Source: a virus (taxonomy: Duplodnaviria; Caudoviricetes). From it: a stretch of 64,000 nt of DNA. Both the position numbers and the translations under genes were made by a program. The stretch lies in IMG/VR virus record IMGVR_UViG_3300032314_000513, positions 1-64,000 of that record, one strand, 5' to 3'. The notes under the pieces were generated by a model, which saw nothing but the letters and a program-made list of their open reading frames with translations, searched no databases and was not told the origin of the DNA. This document shows, piece by piece, positions 46,816-56,755 of this stretch (positions are counted from its first letter, which is position 1; every line of letters starts with the position of its first letter).

Positions 46816-48699
46816 ATGTCTTATTCTAATATTACCATAACCACTAACACAGGTTTATCATTTTATCCCGGCCAATATGTTCAGGTGATACATGATGAGA
46901 ATAACTATATTTTTGGTCAAGTAGTAAGCTATGACCCTAATACAGGAATTTTTACTTTTTTACCTACAAATTTTTTAGGAGCAGGAACTTTTAATACATG
47001 GACTGTGGTGGCATCTGCTGTTTCAGGTTCAAGTGGTACTTCAGGTTCAAGTGGAACTTCAGGCTCTTCAGGTACAGACGGAAGCTCAGGTACAGACGGA
47101 AGCTCAGGTTCAAGTGCAAGTTCAGGAGAAAGTGGAACTTCAGGTACATCAGGAGTAAGTGGTGCTAGTGGAACTTCAGGCTCTTCAGGAACTGATGGCT
47201 CAAGTGGTACTTCTGCATTAGATGGAACTAGTGGAACGACAGGAACTTCAGGAACTACAGGAACTAGCGGAACAGATGGTAGTTCAGGTTCAAGCGGTAC
47301 ATCAGGTTATGATGGAACAGCAGGAACTTCAGGCACTAATGGAACTGCAGGTACTTCAGGAGAAAATGGAACAAGCGGAACAGATGGAAGCTCAGGTACA
47401 GATGGAAGCTCAGGAACATCAGGCACTAACGGAACAGCAGGAACAAGTGGAAGCTCAGGAACAGCAGCTACATCAGGTTTAAGTGGTGATTTATATAAAA
47501 CAACAACAACTGATTCAATTGATTTAGGAACATTAGCTCCGGGTGATGGTATAAATATTACTGTAGCAACAGGATTAGCATACACAATAGGTCAAACTGT
47601 AGTAGTATCTAATAGTATAACTGATTATTTAGAAGGAAATGTTAGTTCATACACATCTATTGATGGTGCAATGGAAATATTAATAGTTACTATAGTTGGT
47701 ACAGGTATATTTACTTCTTGGGAAGTTAACTTAGCAGGAGCAGCAGGAGGAGATGGTACAGCAGGTACTTCAGGCTCTGCAGGAACAAGCGGAACTAATG
47801 GAACTGATGGTTCTTCAGGTTCTAGTGGTACAAGTGGAGAAAATGGAACAAGCGGTACTTCAGGTTCTAGTGGTACTAATGGAAGCTCAGGAGAAACAGG
47901 TACTTCAGGTACAACAGGAACATCAGGTTCTAGCGGTACTAGTGGAAATGAAGGTGCTGATGGTAATTTAGCAGAATGGTTATATAACCCAAGCCCTGAT
48001 ACTACAACAAATCCCGGAAGTACAAAATTTACATTAGACATTAACTCATGGGGAGAAACTGTAACTAGCATTGCGATTAGTGATAACGCATATAATCCTG
48101 CAGTAAATTTTTCTACATACTTAAATTTCATTGGAGCAAATACTGTTATTAGATTAACAAGTTTAATAGATAAATCTACTTTTAAGTTTTTAAAAGTAAT
48201 TACAAATACTCCTCTTACAGCAGGTTTTGAAAACTATGATGTAACACAAATTGGTAGTGGTGGTACTGACCCTGCTCCAAATGCTGTATTCTATTTTAAT
48301 ATTATTGGTGTAAGTGGTACTTCAGGAACAAGTGGAACTAGTGGAAGCTCAGGTACTTCTGCTTCTGCAGGAACAAGTGGAAGCTCAGGTACAAATGGTA
48401 CAGCAGGTACTTCAGCATCTTCAGGTAGTAGCGGTTCTTCAGGAACTAGTGGTACAAATGGTACAGCAGGTACTTCTGCTTCATCAGGAACTAGTGGTTC
48501 ATCAGGAACAAGTGGTAGCTCAGGTACTTCAGCTTCTAGCGGTACTTCAGGAACAGATGGAAGCTCAGGTACAGCGGCTTCTTCAGGTTCTAGTGGAACA
48601 GCAGGTACTTCAGCATCTTCAGGAACTGCAGCAACCTCAGGTAATTCATCAACATATAATGGTACTTCAGGAACAACACAAACATTACCTTTGACTTAG
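46816..48699 (+). CDS. Gly-X-Y Ser/Thr collagen-like fibre, second subunit
   Basis: Starts with a truncated beta-domain, has one full internal copy plus another globular insert, and ends with an isolated first strand. Confidence 0.8.
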   Translation: MSYSNITITTNTGLSFYPGQYVQVIHDENNYIFGQVVSYDPNTGIFTFLPTNFLGAGTFNTWTVVASAVSGSSGTSGSSGTSGSSGTDGSSGTDGSSGSSASSGESGTSGTSGVSGASGTSGSSGTDGSSGTSALDGTSGTTGTSGTTGTSGTDGSSGSSGTSGYDGTAGTSGTNGTAGTSGENGTSGTDGSSGTDGSSGTSGTNGTAGTSGSSGTAATSGLSGDLYKTTTTDSIDLGTLAPGDGINITVATGLAYTIGQTVVVSNSITDYLEGNVSSYTSIDGAMEILIVTIVGTGIFTSWEVNLAGAAGGDGTAGTSGSAGTSGTNGTDGSSGSSGTSGENGTSGTSGSSGTNGSSGETGTSGTTGTSGSSGTSGNEGADGNLAEWLYNPSPDTTTNPGSTKFTLDINSWGETVTSIAISDNAYNPAVNFSTYLNFIGANTVIRLTSLIDKSTFKFLKVITNTPLTAGFENYDVTQIGSGGTDPAPNAVFYFNIIGVSGTSGTSGTSGSSGTSASAGTSGSSGTNGTAGTSASSGSSGSSGTSGTNGTAGTSASSGTSGSSGTSGSSGTSASSGTSGTDGSSGTAASSGSSGTAGTSASSGTAATSGNSSTYNGTSGTTQTLPLT

Positions 48700-48709
48700 A
48701 AAATATAAA

Positions 48710-51031
48710 ATGAATAATATAAATCCAAATACCTTATTAGCTGCTAGTGGAAATAATAACCCTACTAATAATAATATTCGTACTCTAATTCAATTTTTAT
48801 GGCAAGTACAAGGAGCAACTTCATATTATCCAACACCTATTGGTATAAATGATATAGGATATGGAGCAAGTGATGAAACATTCTTTTTTAATGGAGTAGA
48901 TTCAGATTTATTAAGTTCTAATTATCAAGAAGATATATTCATAGTAGTAAGGAATTTGACAAGTATAGCTCCTTATGACCAAACTTATGATATAAGATAC
49001 GCTAATAATGCAAATGAATTAATTCAAATTGCAAATTCATATTTATTCGAAGGTCAATCAGCTTATACAAATACAAGTACAGCAATTAATGGGATGTTAA
49101 ATAGTAACATTCTAATTATGCCATATAATTTACCAAATTTTTCAACTAATTTACAAGTTGTTCCTACAGATGGAGATGCAGGAAATTTAGGTATCGTATG
49201 CGGTTTTATTTCAGGATTTACCTCTTGTATATCAAAATATCTTACAACACCTGCATTAGTTAGATGTTTTACATCAGGATACACACAAGGTGATAATGTT
49301 GGAACTTATATGTCTAACAACACAAACCCAATTGTTTTAAGTTATGCAAATAATTATGCAATTCAAATGGTTGAGGGGGAAAATTTAGAATTAAATAATA
49401 CAGGTGATATTCCTAATGGTTCAGAATCTTTTTCTTTTAGTTGTTGGTTTAAAGCAGATAATACATCTACTACACAAGTTTTGGCATCATGGGGATATAT
49501 TCAAGTACAAATAACAAACAACAATGTTCAAATACTTGTTAATGGAACTTATCAAGATTTAGGTGGAAGTGTTTTATCTGCAGATACTTGGTACAATGTA
49601 TTTTTTACATACGATACAACAAGTTCCTTATTAAGTTATGAGCTATTTAATTTTAGTGGCTCTATTGATTCAGGTAATACAACTGTTGCTATAAATAACC
49701 CAACTCAAAACTTTTATTTAAGTGATTCTACAAATGTTGACAGTTTTGTAGGTTACATTAAATCTTGCATGTTGTATTCATTTACATTATCTCAGAATCA
49801 AATAGATAGTGATTATGCTAATATGGTGGCTTTAGTTAATGCTACACCATCAGCTCCAACAACAACTACAACTAGTACTACTACAACAACAACTACAATT
49901 TGTGCACCATATATTAATAATATTATTATTTCTAATGGTTCTTATACTGCTGCCAATGGAACTTATACAAGAGCTAATCCTTCAGAAGCTTTTGCTCTAA
50001 CAGGTGGAGGTGGTTCTATATTCTTTGGTGGTGATGCTTGGTATATTTTTAATACTGCAGTTGGTAATGTTGCAAGAAATACCTCTCAGCTAGGTACAGG
50101 AACTTGGGAACCTTGGGCTCCGGGAAATTCAACAGGAATTACTGCAGAGTATTCTAGTTATGTTTGTCCAACAACGACAACTACGACAACTAGCACCACA
50201 ACTACTTCTACAACGGAAGTTCCTACAACTACAACTAGCACCACAACTACTTCTACAACGGTAGCTCCTACTACTAGTACGACTACGACAACTAGTACAG
50301 CATCAGGAGGTCTCGTTACAGATGGATTAATAGTTAATTTAGATGCAAGTAATCCTTCTTCTTATTCAGGCTCAGGTAATACATGGACTGACTTAACAGG
50401 TAATGGATATAATGCAACAAGACAAGGTTCTGTACCATTTACTTCAGCAGGTCAACAATCTTATTTTGGTTTTAGTGGCTCAAGTTCTAATTACTTCTTA
50501 GGTAATAGTAATTTATATGGATTTAACTCTAATCAAATTAGTGGAACTGTTGGTATAACTGTTTCAATGATATTTAGACCATCAAATACTAGTACTAGAA
50601 GCACTTTATGGTCAACTTACGCAAGTGATAAAGGAAGTGTTTTTGAAATTGGAACATTAGGTGGATTATGGACAAATACATTAAGACAGTATTTAAGTGA
50701 TAATGGTCCTATTCGTAGCTCTGATAATAGAGGTGGTGCAAATACAATATCAAATGGAACAACTTACTTAATGACAGTTACTTGGAATCAATCAACTTTT
50801 ACAAGTACTATGTATGTAAATGGTAGTGCAATTGCACAAAGTAATGTTGGTTTTAATAAAAATAATATAACTTCAGCTTGGGCTAACTCAGCTAACTATA
50901 ATTTAGGAGGAGACCCAACTCAAACAGGTACTTATGGAAATTTATATACTGCTTATGTATACAATAGACCATTGACAGCAGGAGAAGTGTTACAAAACTA
51001 TAACGCATTACAATCAAGATTTGGATTATAA
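48710..51031 (+). CDS. Receptor-binding candidate with two LamG/ConA-like domains and poly-Thr linkers
   Basis: FSFSCWFK...TWYNVFFTY. LVTDGLIVNLDASNPSSYSGSGNTWTDL...YNRPLTAGEVLQNYN. Confidence 0.75.
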   Translation: MNNINPNTLLAASGNNNPTNNNIRTLIQFLWQVQGATSYYPTPIGINDIGYGASDETFFFNGVDSDLLSSNYQEDIFIVVRNLTSIAPYDQTYDIRYANNANELIQIANSYLFEGQSAYTNTSTAINGMLNSNILIMPYNLPNFSTNLQVVPTDGDAGNLGIVCGFISGFTSCISKYLTTPALVRCFTSGYTQGDNVGTYMSNNTNPIVLSYANNYAIQMVEGENLELNNTGDIPNGSESFSFSCWFKADNTSTTQVLASWGYIQVQITNNNVQILVNGTYQDLGGSVLSADTWYNVFFTYDTTSSLLSYELFNFSGSIDSGNTTVAINNPTQNFYLSDSTNVDSFVGYIKSCMLYSFTLSQNQIDSDYANMVALVNATPSAPTTTTTSTTTTTTTICAPYINNIIISNGSYTAANGTYTRANPSEAFALTGGGGSIFFGGDAWYIFNTAVGNVARNTSQLGTGTWEPWAPGNSTGITAEYSSYVCPTTTTTTTSTTTTSTTEVPTTTTSTTTTSTTVAPTTSTTTTTSTASGGLVTDGLIVNLDASNPSSYSGSGNTWTDLTGNGYNATRQGSVPFTSAGQQSYFGFSGSSSNYFLGNSNLYGFNSNQISGTVGITVSMIFRPSNTSTRSTLWSTYASDKGSVFEIGTLGGLWTNTLRQYLSDNGPIRSSDNRGGANTISNGTTYLMTVTWNQSTFTSTMYVNGSAIAQSNVGFNKNNITSAWANSANYNLGGDPTQTGTYGNLYTAYVYNRPLTAGEVLQNYNALQSRFGL

Positions 51032-51057
51032 AAAAAACCATAAAAAACTAAAAAACT

Positions 51058-51855
51058 ATGCCATACGCAGATTTAACATTTCAACTTCAGCCTAATCTGA
51101 GATTTGTTGCAAATGATTTTGTAACACTAACAGGTGTTAACTATACTACTACAACTAGTACTACAACTACTACAACTACATTGAATGTAATAAGTAGTGG
51201 ATTGCAATTATATGTTGATGCTAGTAATCCTGCTTCATATTCAGGAACAGGAAGTACATGGTATGATTTAAGTGGAAATGGTTATAATGGTACATTAAGT
51301 GGTAGTACAGCTTATAATTCTGCAAACGGTGGTTATATTTCCACACAATCTAATACAGGATATATAGATTTTGGTCTTTCTTCTCAAGGAAGTAGTACTA
51401 GTGCTTTTACTTGGGGTGGTTGGTTTAATGTTCCAAGTTTTACAAATATCCCTATGGCAAGAGGCAATGATATGACAGGAGGTTATCCCAATGGATGGAA
51501 TCTTGCTACTGTATTCTTGTCAAACGCATTTAATGCTTCAATAATCACTTCTGTACCCGGTATAACTCAAACAAATAGTTCATACTCTTCAAGTCCAAGT
51601 AGTAATACTTGGTATAATCATATATCAGTATGGAATCCGGGAGTAAGTTTAAAAGTATATATAAATGGTGTTTTAAGAGCTACTGTAAATACTTCAAATA
51701 CAGTTTTAAGAAATTCAGGTACAGGTTGGAATAGTTCAAATGATGCTACAAAGTATAACGCTAGTTATGGTTCAATGATTGTTTATAATATAGCATTGAG
51801 TGATGCACAAGTTCTTCAAAACTTTAATTCAACTAAAACAAGATTTGGATATTAA
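51058..51855 (+). CDS. Half beta-domain + poly-Thr linker + LamG-like domain
   Basis: MPYADLTFQLQPNLRFVANDFVTLTGVNY-TTTT-GLQLYVDASNPASY...YNIALSDAQVLQNFN. Confidence 0.75.
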   Translation: MPYADLTFQLQPNLRFVANDFVTLTGVNYTTTTSTTTTTTTLNVISSGLQLYVDASNPASYSGTGSTWYDLSGNGYNGTLSGSTAYNSANGGYISTQSNTGYIDFGLSSQGSSTSAFTWGGWFNVPSFTNIPMARGNDMTGGYPNGWNLATVFLSNAFNASIITSVPGITQTNSSYSSSPSSNTWYNHISVWNPGVSLKVYINGVLRATVNTSNTVLRNSGTGWNSSNDATKYNASYGSMIVYNIALSDAQVLQNFNSTKTRFGY

Positions 51856-51867
51856 AAATTAAAAATT

Positions 51868-52104
51868 ATGAAAAAATATTTAATATTATTTTTATTATTA
51901 TTTAGCATTAATTCTTATTCTCAAGTAGATAGCACTAAAAGAGCAGCAGCTAGACAAGAATGGTTATCTAATAAAGATAATTGGAGTAATGGTCAATCGA
52001 TGCCTAATTGGGATTTGGATGGTAATATTATACCAATAGTGGGTATTTTATTAATATCATCCATATTTTTAAAAAGAAAGAATAAATTAAGGTTTGGACT
52101 ATAA
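51868..52104 (+). CDS. Small secreted/membrane protein with Bacteroidota-style signal peptide
   Basis: MKKYLILFLLLFSINSYSQ and a C-terminal DLDG-hydrophobic-KRK segment. Confidence 0.6.
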   Translation: MKKYLILFLLLFSINSYSQVDSTKRAAARQEWLSNKDNWSNGQSMPNWDLDGNIIPIVGILLISSIFLKRKNKLRFGL

Positions 52105-52115
52105 AATAATTAACA

Positions 52116-53117
52116 ATGGCTAACGCATCAATATATGGAAGAGTAGTAAGTTATAATACCGTAACAGGCGTTATGGTGGTAACACCGCTTTCTTATTCAG
52201 GAGATGCAGGTTCTTATAGTACTTGGACTGTCTCATTAGATGGTCAAAATGGTACTTCAGGAACTTCAGTTATTTCAGGAACAAGTGGAACAAATGGAAG
52301 TTCAGGTACTTCAGGCACTAGTGGTACATCAGCTTCTTCAGGTTCTTCAGGAACAAGTGGAAGTGCAGGTACTTCAGCTTTATCTAATTCATCAGGTACA
52401 TCAGGTACAAGTGGTTCTGCAGGTACAAGTGCTGTACAAGGCGGTCAAGGTCCTACAGGTGCAACAGGTCCTCAAGGCCCTCAAGGATTAGGTGGTTCTT
52501 CAGGAACTTCAGGCTCTTCAGGTGCTACAGGTCCTCAAGGACCAATAGGAGCTCAAGGTCCTCAAGGATTTACAGGTAATCCGGGTCCGACAGGTCCTAC
52601 AGGTGCAACAGGACCACAAGGCCCAACAGGTACTTCTGCAAGTTATAATCAAGATAATAATGCAGGAGCATCAGTTACATTTACTTATCCTACTACTACA
52701 GGTACTTTTTATGCAGGAAGTAGATTTTATATGCCCGGTGACGCTTATTTAGGAATAGCAGGAAGTTATGGTCCTGTTTGGTTTGGATTTAACTTTGGTT
52801 GGGCTAGTAATGCAGGATTAGGAGGGGCATACTTTTTTAACTCATCTTCAAGAGAATCTAAAAAAGAAATTAAGCCATATACTGATTCTGCAACTGAAAT
52901 AATTAATAGCACAGAAATAGTTACTTTTGATATGGAAAGTGGAGAACATACTCATATAGAACATATTGGTTTTATTGCAGAAGATACTCCGCAAGAATTA
53001 TCAACTCCTGACCATAATGTAATGGATATTACAAACACAGTTGGAGTTGTTTTAAAAGCAATTCAAGAAATTGATGATAGAATAACAGCATTACAAAATA
53101 AAAATAACAATGGCTAA
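52116..53117 (+). CDS. Collagen-like tip fibre 1 with S74-like chaperone domain
   Basis: Half beta-domain, GTS and GPQ repeats, then SSRESKKEI...IGFIAED...KAIQEI. Confidence 0.8.
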   Translation: MANASIYGRVVSYNTVTGVMVVTPLSYSGDAGSYSTWTVSLDGQNGTSGTSVISGTSGTNGSSGTSGTSGTSASSGSSGTSGSAGTSALSNSSGTSGTSGSAGTSAVQGGQGPTGATGPQGPQGLGGSSGTSGSSGATGPQGPIGAQGPQGFTGNPGPTGPTGATGPQGPTGTSASYNQDNNAGASVTFTYPTTTGTFYAGSRFYMPGDAYLGIAGSYGPVWFGFNFGWASNAGLGGAYFFNSSSRESKKEIKPYTDSATEIINSTEIVTFDMESGEHTHIEHIGFIAEDTPQELSTPDHNVMDITNTVGVVLKAIQEIDDRITALQNKNNNG

Positions 53118-54174
53118 CGCAACTTTTAATTGCTCACCTAATTTAAGCTATGTAGCAGGAGATTTCGTACAGCTAAGTTACGATGCGAATAACTATGTTA
53201 TTGGTACGGTAGTGTCATATAATGATATAACAGGTGTTATGGTAATTACTCCTGTACAATCTATTGGAAGTGGAACTTATTCTATATGGAATGTTGCTTT
53301 GACAGGTAATGCAGGTACAGCAGGAACTAATGGTACAGCAGGAACAGCAGGTTCAAGTGGAACTTCAGCTTCATCAGGTACTGCAGGTACTGCAGGTAGT
53401 TCAGGTACAAGTGGTTCGGCAGGTACAAGTGCATTTTCAGGTACAAGTGGTACATCAGGTACTAGTGGTTCGGCAGGAACGAGTGCATCCTCAGGAACTT
53501 CAGGAGCTATTGGACCAACAGGTGCTCAAGGTCCTCAAGGACCAATAGGTGCAACAGGAACTTCAGGTTCATCAGGAGTTTCAGGAGTTAATGGTCCAAC
53601 AGGACTAACAGGTGCAACAGGTCCTACAGGTGCAACAGGTCCGCAAGGTCCTGCTACTCCCGGTCCAACAGGACCAACAGGTTCTCCCGGAGGTCAAGGT
53701 CCACAAACAGTTTATAATCAAGCATTAACAACTAGTTCAAATGTTACTTATGGTGATATGGCTAGTAATAGCCCATTAGCAGGTGGTAACTTTTTAGTAC
53801 CTAATGGAGGTAAAGTTTCTAATAGTGCTAATCAAGGTGTAAGTTGGTATGGTAATAGTGGTACTTGGTTTTCTTATGGCTCTATAGGTTCTGCATATTT
53901 CTTTGGAACTTCTACAAGAGAAGTAAAAAAGAATATTCAACCTTTTACTAAATCAGGTATAGACCTTATCAAACAAACAGAAATTGTATCTTATAAGTAC
54001 GAAAATGAAACAGTTTATACTGATTTAACAAAAATAGGATTCATTGCAGAAGAAACACCTGAAGAAATGTCTTCAAAAGACCACGACCAAATGGTAATAA
54101 ATTCTACAATATGTGTAGCTATGAAAGCAATTCAAGAGTTAGATGAAAAAATTAAAAACTTACAAAATAAATAG
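53110..54174 (+). CDS. Collagen-like tip fibre 2 with S74-like chaperone domain
   Basis: N-truncated beta-domain, GPT/GPQ repeats, then STREVKKNI...IGFIAEE...KAIQEL. Confidence 0.8.
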   Translation: MANATFNCSPNLSYVAGDFVQLSYDANNYVIGTVVSYNDITGVMVITPVQSIGSGTYSIWNVALTGNAGTAGTNGTAGTAGSSGTSASSGTAGTAGSSGTSGSAGTSAFSGTSGTSGTSGSAGTSASSGTSGAIGPTGAQGPQGPIGATGTSGSSGVSGVNGPTGLTGATGPTGATGPQGPATPGPTGPTGSPGGQGPQTVYNQALTTSSNVTYGDMASNSPLAGGNFLVPNGGKVSNSANQGVSWYGNSGTWFSYGSIGSAYFFGTSTREVKKNIQPFTKSGIDLIKQTEIVSYKYENETVYTDLTKIGFIAEETPEEMSSKDHDQMVINSTICVAMKAIQELDEKIKNLQNK

Positions 54175-54176
54175 AT

Positions 54177-54539
54177 ATGACAATTAATGATATTAAATAT
54201 ACATGGGAAATAACTCATTTACATGTAGCACCATCAAAAAACAATCAAAATAATGTAGTTACAAAAATTGCCTTTACTTTACATGGTGAATATACCAATG
54301 AAGTAGGTCAATTTTTTAGTGAATTTTGGACAGGAGCAACATTAATAGAATTTGATGAAAATTCTTCATTTACAAATGTTGACCAAATAACTCATGAAAT
54401 GGCTGTAAAATGGGTAGAAGATTCTGAAAACAAAAAACAAAGAAATGTAAATTGGATTAAAAATAAAGTATTAACAAGACTTCAAGAAAAAATTAATCCA
54501 AGTGTAGTAGTAATTACTCCTCCTTTTGCACAAAAATAA
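54177..54539 (+). CDS. Fibre-associated hypothetical protein
   Basis: YTWEIT...NVVTKIAFTLHG...ITHEMAVKWVE, located between tip fibres. Confidence 0.55.
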   Translation: MTINDIKYTWEITHLHVAPSKNNQNNVVTKIAFTLHGEYTNEVGQFFSEFWTGATLIEFDENSSFTNVDQITHEMAVKWVEDSENKKQRNVNWIKNKVLTRLQEKINPSVVVITPPFAQK

Positions 54540-54549
54540 TTAAGAAACA

Positions 54550-55623
54550 ATGCCTTATTCTAATTTGACATTTACTGTAAATACAAATCTTTCATTTGTA
54601 GCAAATGATTTTGTACAGCTTAGTGCAAATTCTACCAATTATATTATTGGAAGAGTAGTGTCATATAATCCTAGCACAGGTGCATTAATTATAACTCCTT
54701 TAGAATCAGTTGGTTCAGGCTCTTATAGTTCATGGACTGTTGCATTAACAGGATTTTATGGAACTTCAGGAACATCAGGTACGGCAGGTACTATGGGCTC
54801 TTCTGCTACAAGTGGATTATCAAGTTCATCAACTGCTGCAGGTTCTTCAGGTACATCTGCATCAAGTGGTAGTTCAGGCATTGCAGGTTCAAATGGTACA
54901 TCAGGTGCATCTGCTTCTTCAGGTTCTTCAGGTTTAGCAGGAGCTAATGGTGCAACAGGACCACAAGGTCCAATAGGCCCAACAGGTGCTCAAGGACCTC
55001 AAGGAGCTAGAGGTACATCAGGTTCTAGTGGTGTTAATGGAGGAACAGGTCCGCAAGGTCCTCAAGGAGCTAGAGGTCCGCAAGGCCCAACAGGAGCTAG
55101 TCCACAAGGTCCAACAGGTCCAACAGGTCCGCAAGGTCCTTCAAATACAAATGGTCAATCATTAAACTATGGTGATTCTCCAACATTTGCTAGTATAACT
55201 GCAAATGGACAAGTTTATTCTGCATCAAATATTAGAAATAATGGTGGTGTAAGAGGTATGTATGTAAATGGATATGGCATATATTTTTACAATAATACTT
55301 CAAGTCAATGGTATAGTAATGGTGGAATTGGTGCAGGTGGTGGTAATTTTTTCCCTGCATCTACTAGAGAAGTTAAAAAGAATATTGAGCCTTTTACTAA
55401 ATCAGGTTTAGATATAATAAACAGTACAGATATTGTTTCTTTTGAGTTTGAGATTACAGGACTTGAAGGACAAACACACATAGGATTTATTGCAGAAGAT
55501 ACCCCTGAAGAATTAGCTACTAGTACTCATGACCAAATGGTTGTACCTTCTAATTTAGGTGTTGTTATGAAAGCTTTACAAGAATTAGATGAAAAATTAA
55601 AAATATTAGAGAATAATACTTAA
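54550..55623 (+). CDS. Collagen-like tip fibre 3 with S74-like chaperone domain
   Basis: N-truncated beta-domain, GPQ repeats, then STREVKKNI...IGFIAED...KALQEL. Confidence 0.8.
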   Translation: MPYSNLTFTVNTNLSFVANDFVQLSANSTNYIIGRVVSYNPSTGALIITPLESVGSGSYSSWTVALTGFYGTSGTSGTAGTMGSSATSGLSSSSTAAGSSGTSASSGSSGIAGSNGTSGASASSGSSGLAGANGATGPQGPIGPTGAQGPQGARGTSGSSGVNGGTGPQGPQGARGPQGPTGASPQGPTGPTGPQGPSNTNGQSLNYGDSPTFASITANGQVYSASNIRNNGGVRGMYVNGYGIYFYNNTSSQWYSNGGIGAGGGNFFPASTREVKKNIEPFTKSGLDIINSTDIVSFEFEITGLEGQTHIGFIAEDTPEELATSTHDQMVVPSNLGVVMKALQELDEKLKILENNT

Positions 55624-55652
55624 ATTTATATTTACAAAAAATAACCACAAAA

Positions 55653-56264
55653 ATGAACACATCAAAATTAAATACATCTATAGTTTTCCCTAAGGAAACA
55701 GTTGATTCTCAAAATTATTATTTTTTTAACCCCGGTTTTTCATCAGAAGAATTAGATATAATTTATAAAGGGGTATCTTTACTTCCATTCAAACCTGCAA
55801 TTATTGGCAATTATGAAGAAAATCCTGAAATTAGGACTTCTTCTATAAAGTGGGTTCCACCAACAGATGAGTGGAGATGGCTTTATGAGAAAATGATGCA
55901 CCAAATAGTTGAAGCAAATAATGCTATTTGGCATTTTGATTTAGATTATTTAATAGACAATATACAATACACAGAATATTATGCAGAAAATGGCGGTCAT
56001 TATACTTGGCATCAAGATGTTGGTCCGGGTGAAATGTCCAAAAGAAAAGTTAGTATAACTGTACAATTATCAGACCCTAGTGAATATGAGGGAGGTGATT
56101 TAGAATATTTTCAAGGCGGAAACCCTGATGAAGCTGTAAAAGCACCAAAAGGCAAAGGGGTTGTATTTATATTCCCTTCTTACATGATGCACAGAGTTAC
56201 AAAAGTAACTAAAGGAGTTAGGCGTTCTTTTGTATTATGGGTAGGTGGTGAGCATTATAAATAA
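55653..56264 (+). CDS. 2OG-Fe(II) oxygenase (PKHD/prolyl-hydroxylase type)
   Basis: YTWHQD, RKVSITVQL, FPSYMMHRVTKVTKGVRRS. Confidence 0.85.
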   Translation: MNTSKLNTSIVFPKETVDSQNYYFFNPGFSSEELDIIYKGVSLLPFKPAIIGNYEENPEIRTSSIKWVPPTDEWRWLYEKMMHQIVEANNAIWHFDLDYLIDNIQYTEYYAENGGHYTWHQDVGPGEMSKRKVSITVQLSDPSEYEGGDLEYFQGGNPDEAVKAPKGKGVVFIFPSYMMHRVTKVTKGVRRSFVLWVGGEHYK

Positions 56265-56269
56265 TTTAT

Positions 56270-56755
56270 ATGCAATCTATTATATTTAAGGCTAATATAG
56301 ATAGACCTTTTACAAAAGACGAAAGGCAAAGTTTTGTTAAATATTTAAGAAATGTAGCTAATATTGAAGCTCATGTCAAAAATGCAAAAACAAAAAATAT
56401 GTCTGTTTTATCAGAACCTGATTTAATAGATATAAAAGCATTTTGTTTAAATTCAATATATAAATACAGCAATAATACTGATATTTCTATTACAGAATCA
56501 TGGTTGAATTTTTCTATGCCCGGTGAGTCTCTTCATTCTATTAATTATCCAAATAGTTTTATTAGTGGTATATTCTATGTAAATGCTCGTATATCATTGC
56601 ATAATATTATATTTTCAGAAATTGGAGAAACAATTAGTGCAGGTAGAGGTGATTTATTACTATTTCCATCAAATTTATTACATCATGAGCCTAAAAATAC
56701 AGGTAATGATTTAAAGATAAGTCTAGCTTTCAATACAACAAAACCAATAAAATGA
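56270..56755 (+). CDS. TIGR02466-type 2OG oxygenase, degenerate metal site
   Basis: SWLN...LHSINYPNSFISGIFY, where the paralogs have HxHxNS. LLLFPSNLLH. Confidence 0.65.
   Translation: MQSIIFKANIDRPFTKDERQSFVKYLRNVANIEAHVKNAKTKNMSVLSEPDLIDIKAFCLNSIYKYSNNTDISITESWLNFSMPGESLHSINYPNSFISGIFYVNARISLHNIIFSEIGETISAGRGDLLLFPSNLLHHEPKNTGNDLKISLAFNTTKPIK

Noticed and set aside
43621-48699. CRISPR-like or satellite DNA repeat
   Set aside because: The repeats are in-frame codon triplets with synonymous variation and have no repeat-spacer structure.
43767-53548. Many overlapping MVLQVQ.../PEVPLEP... ORFs
   Set aside because: These are alternative-frame and antisense shadows of the GTS codon repeats.
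52116-55623. Diversity-generating retroelement or invertible tip cassette
   Set aside because: No reverse transcriptase, TR/VR pair, invertase or flanking inverted repeats are visible in the window.
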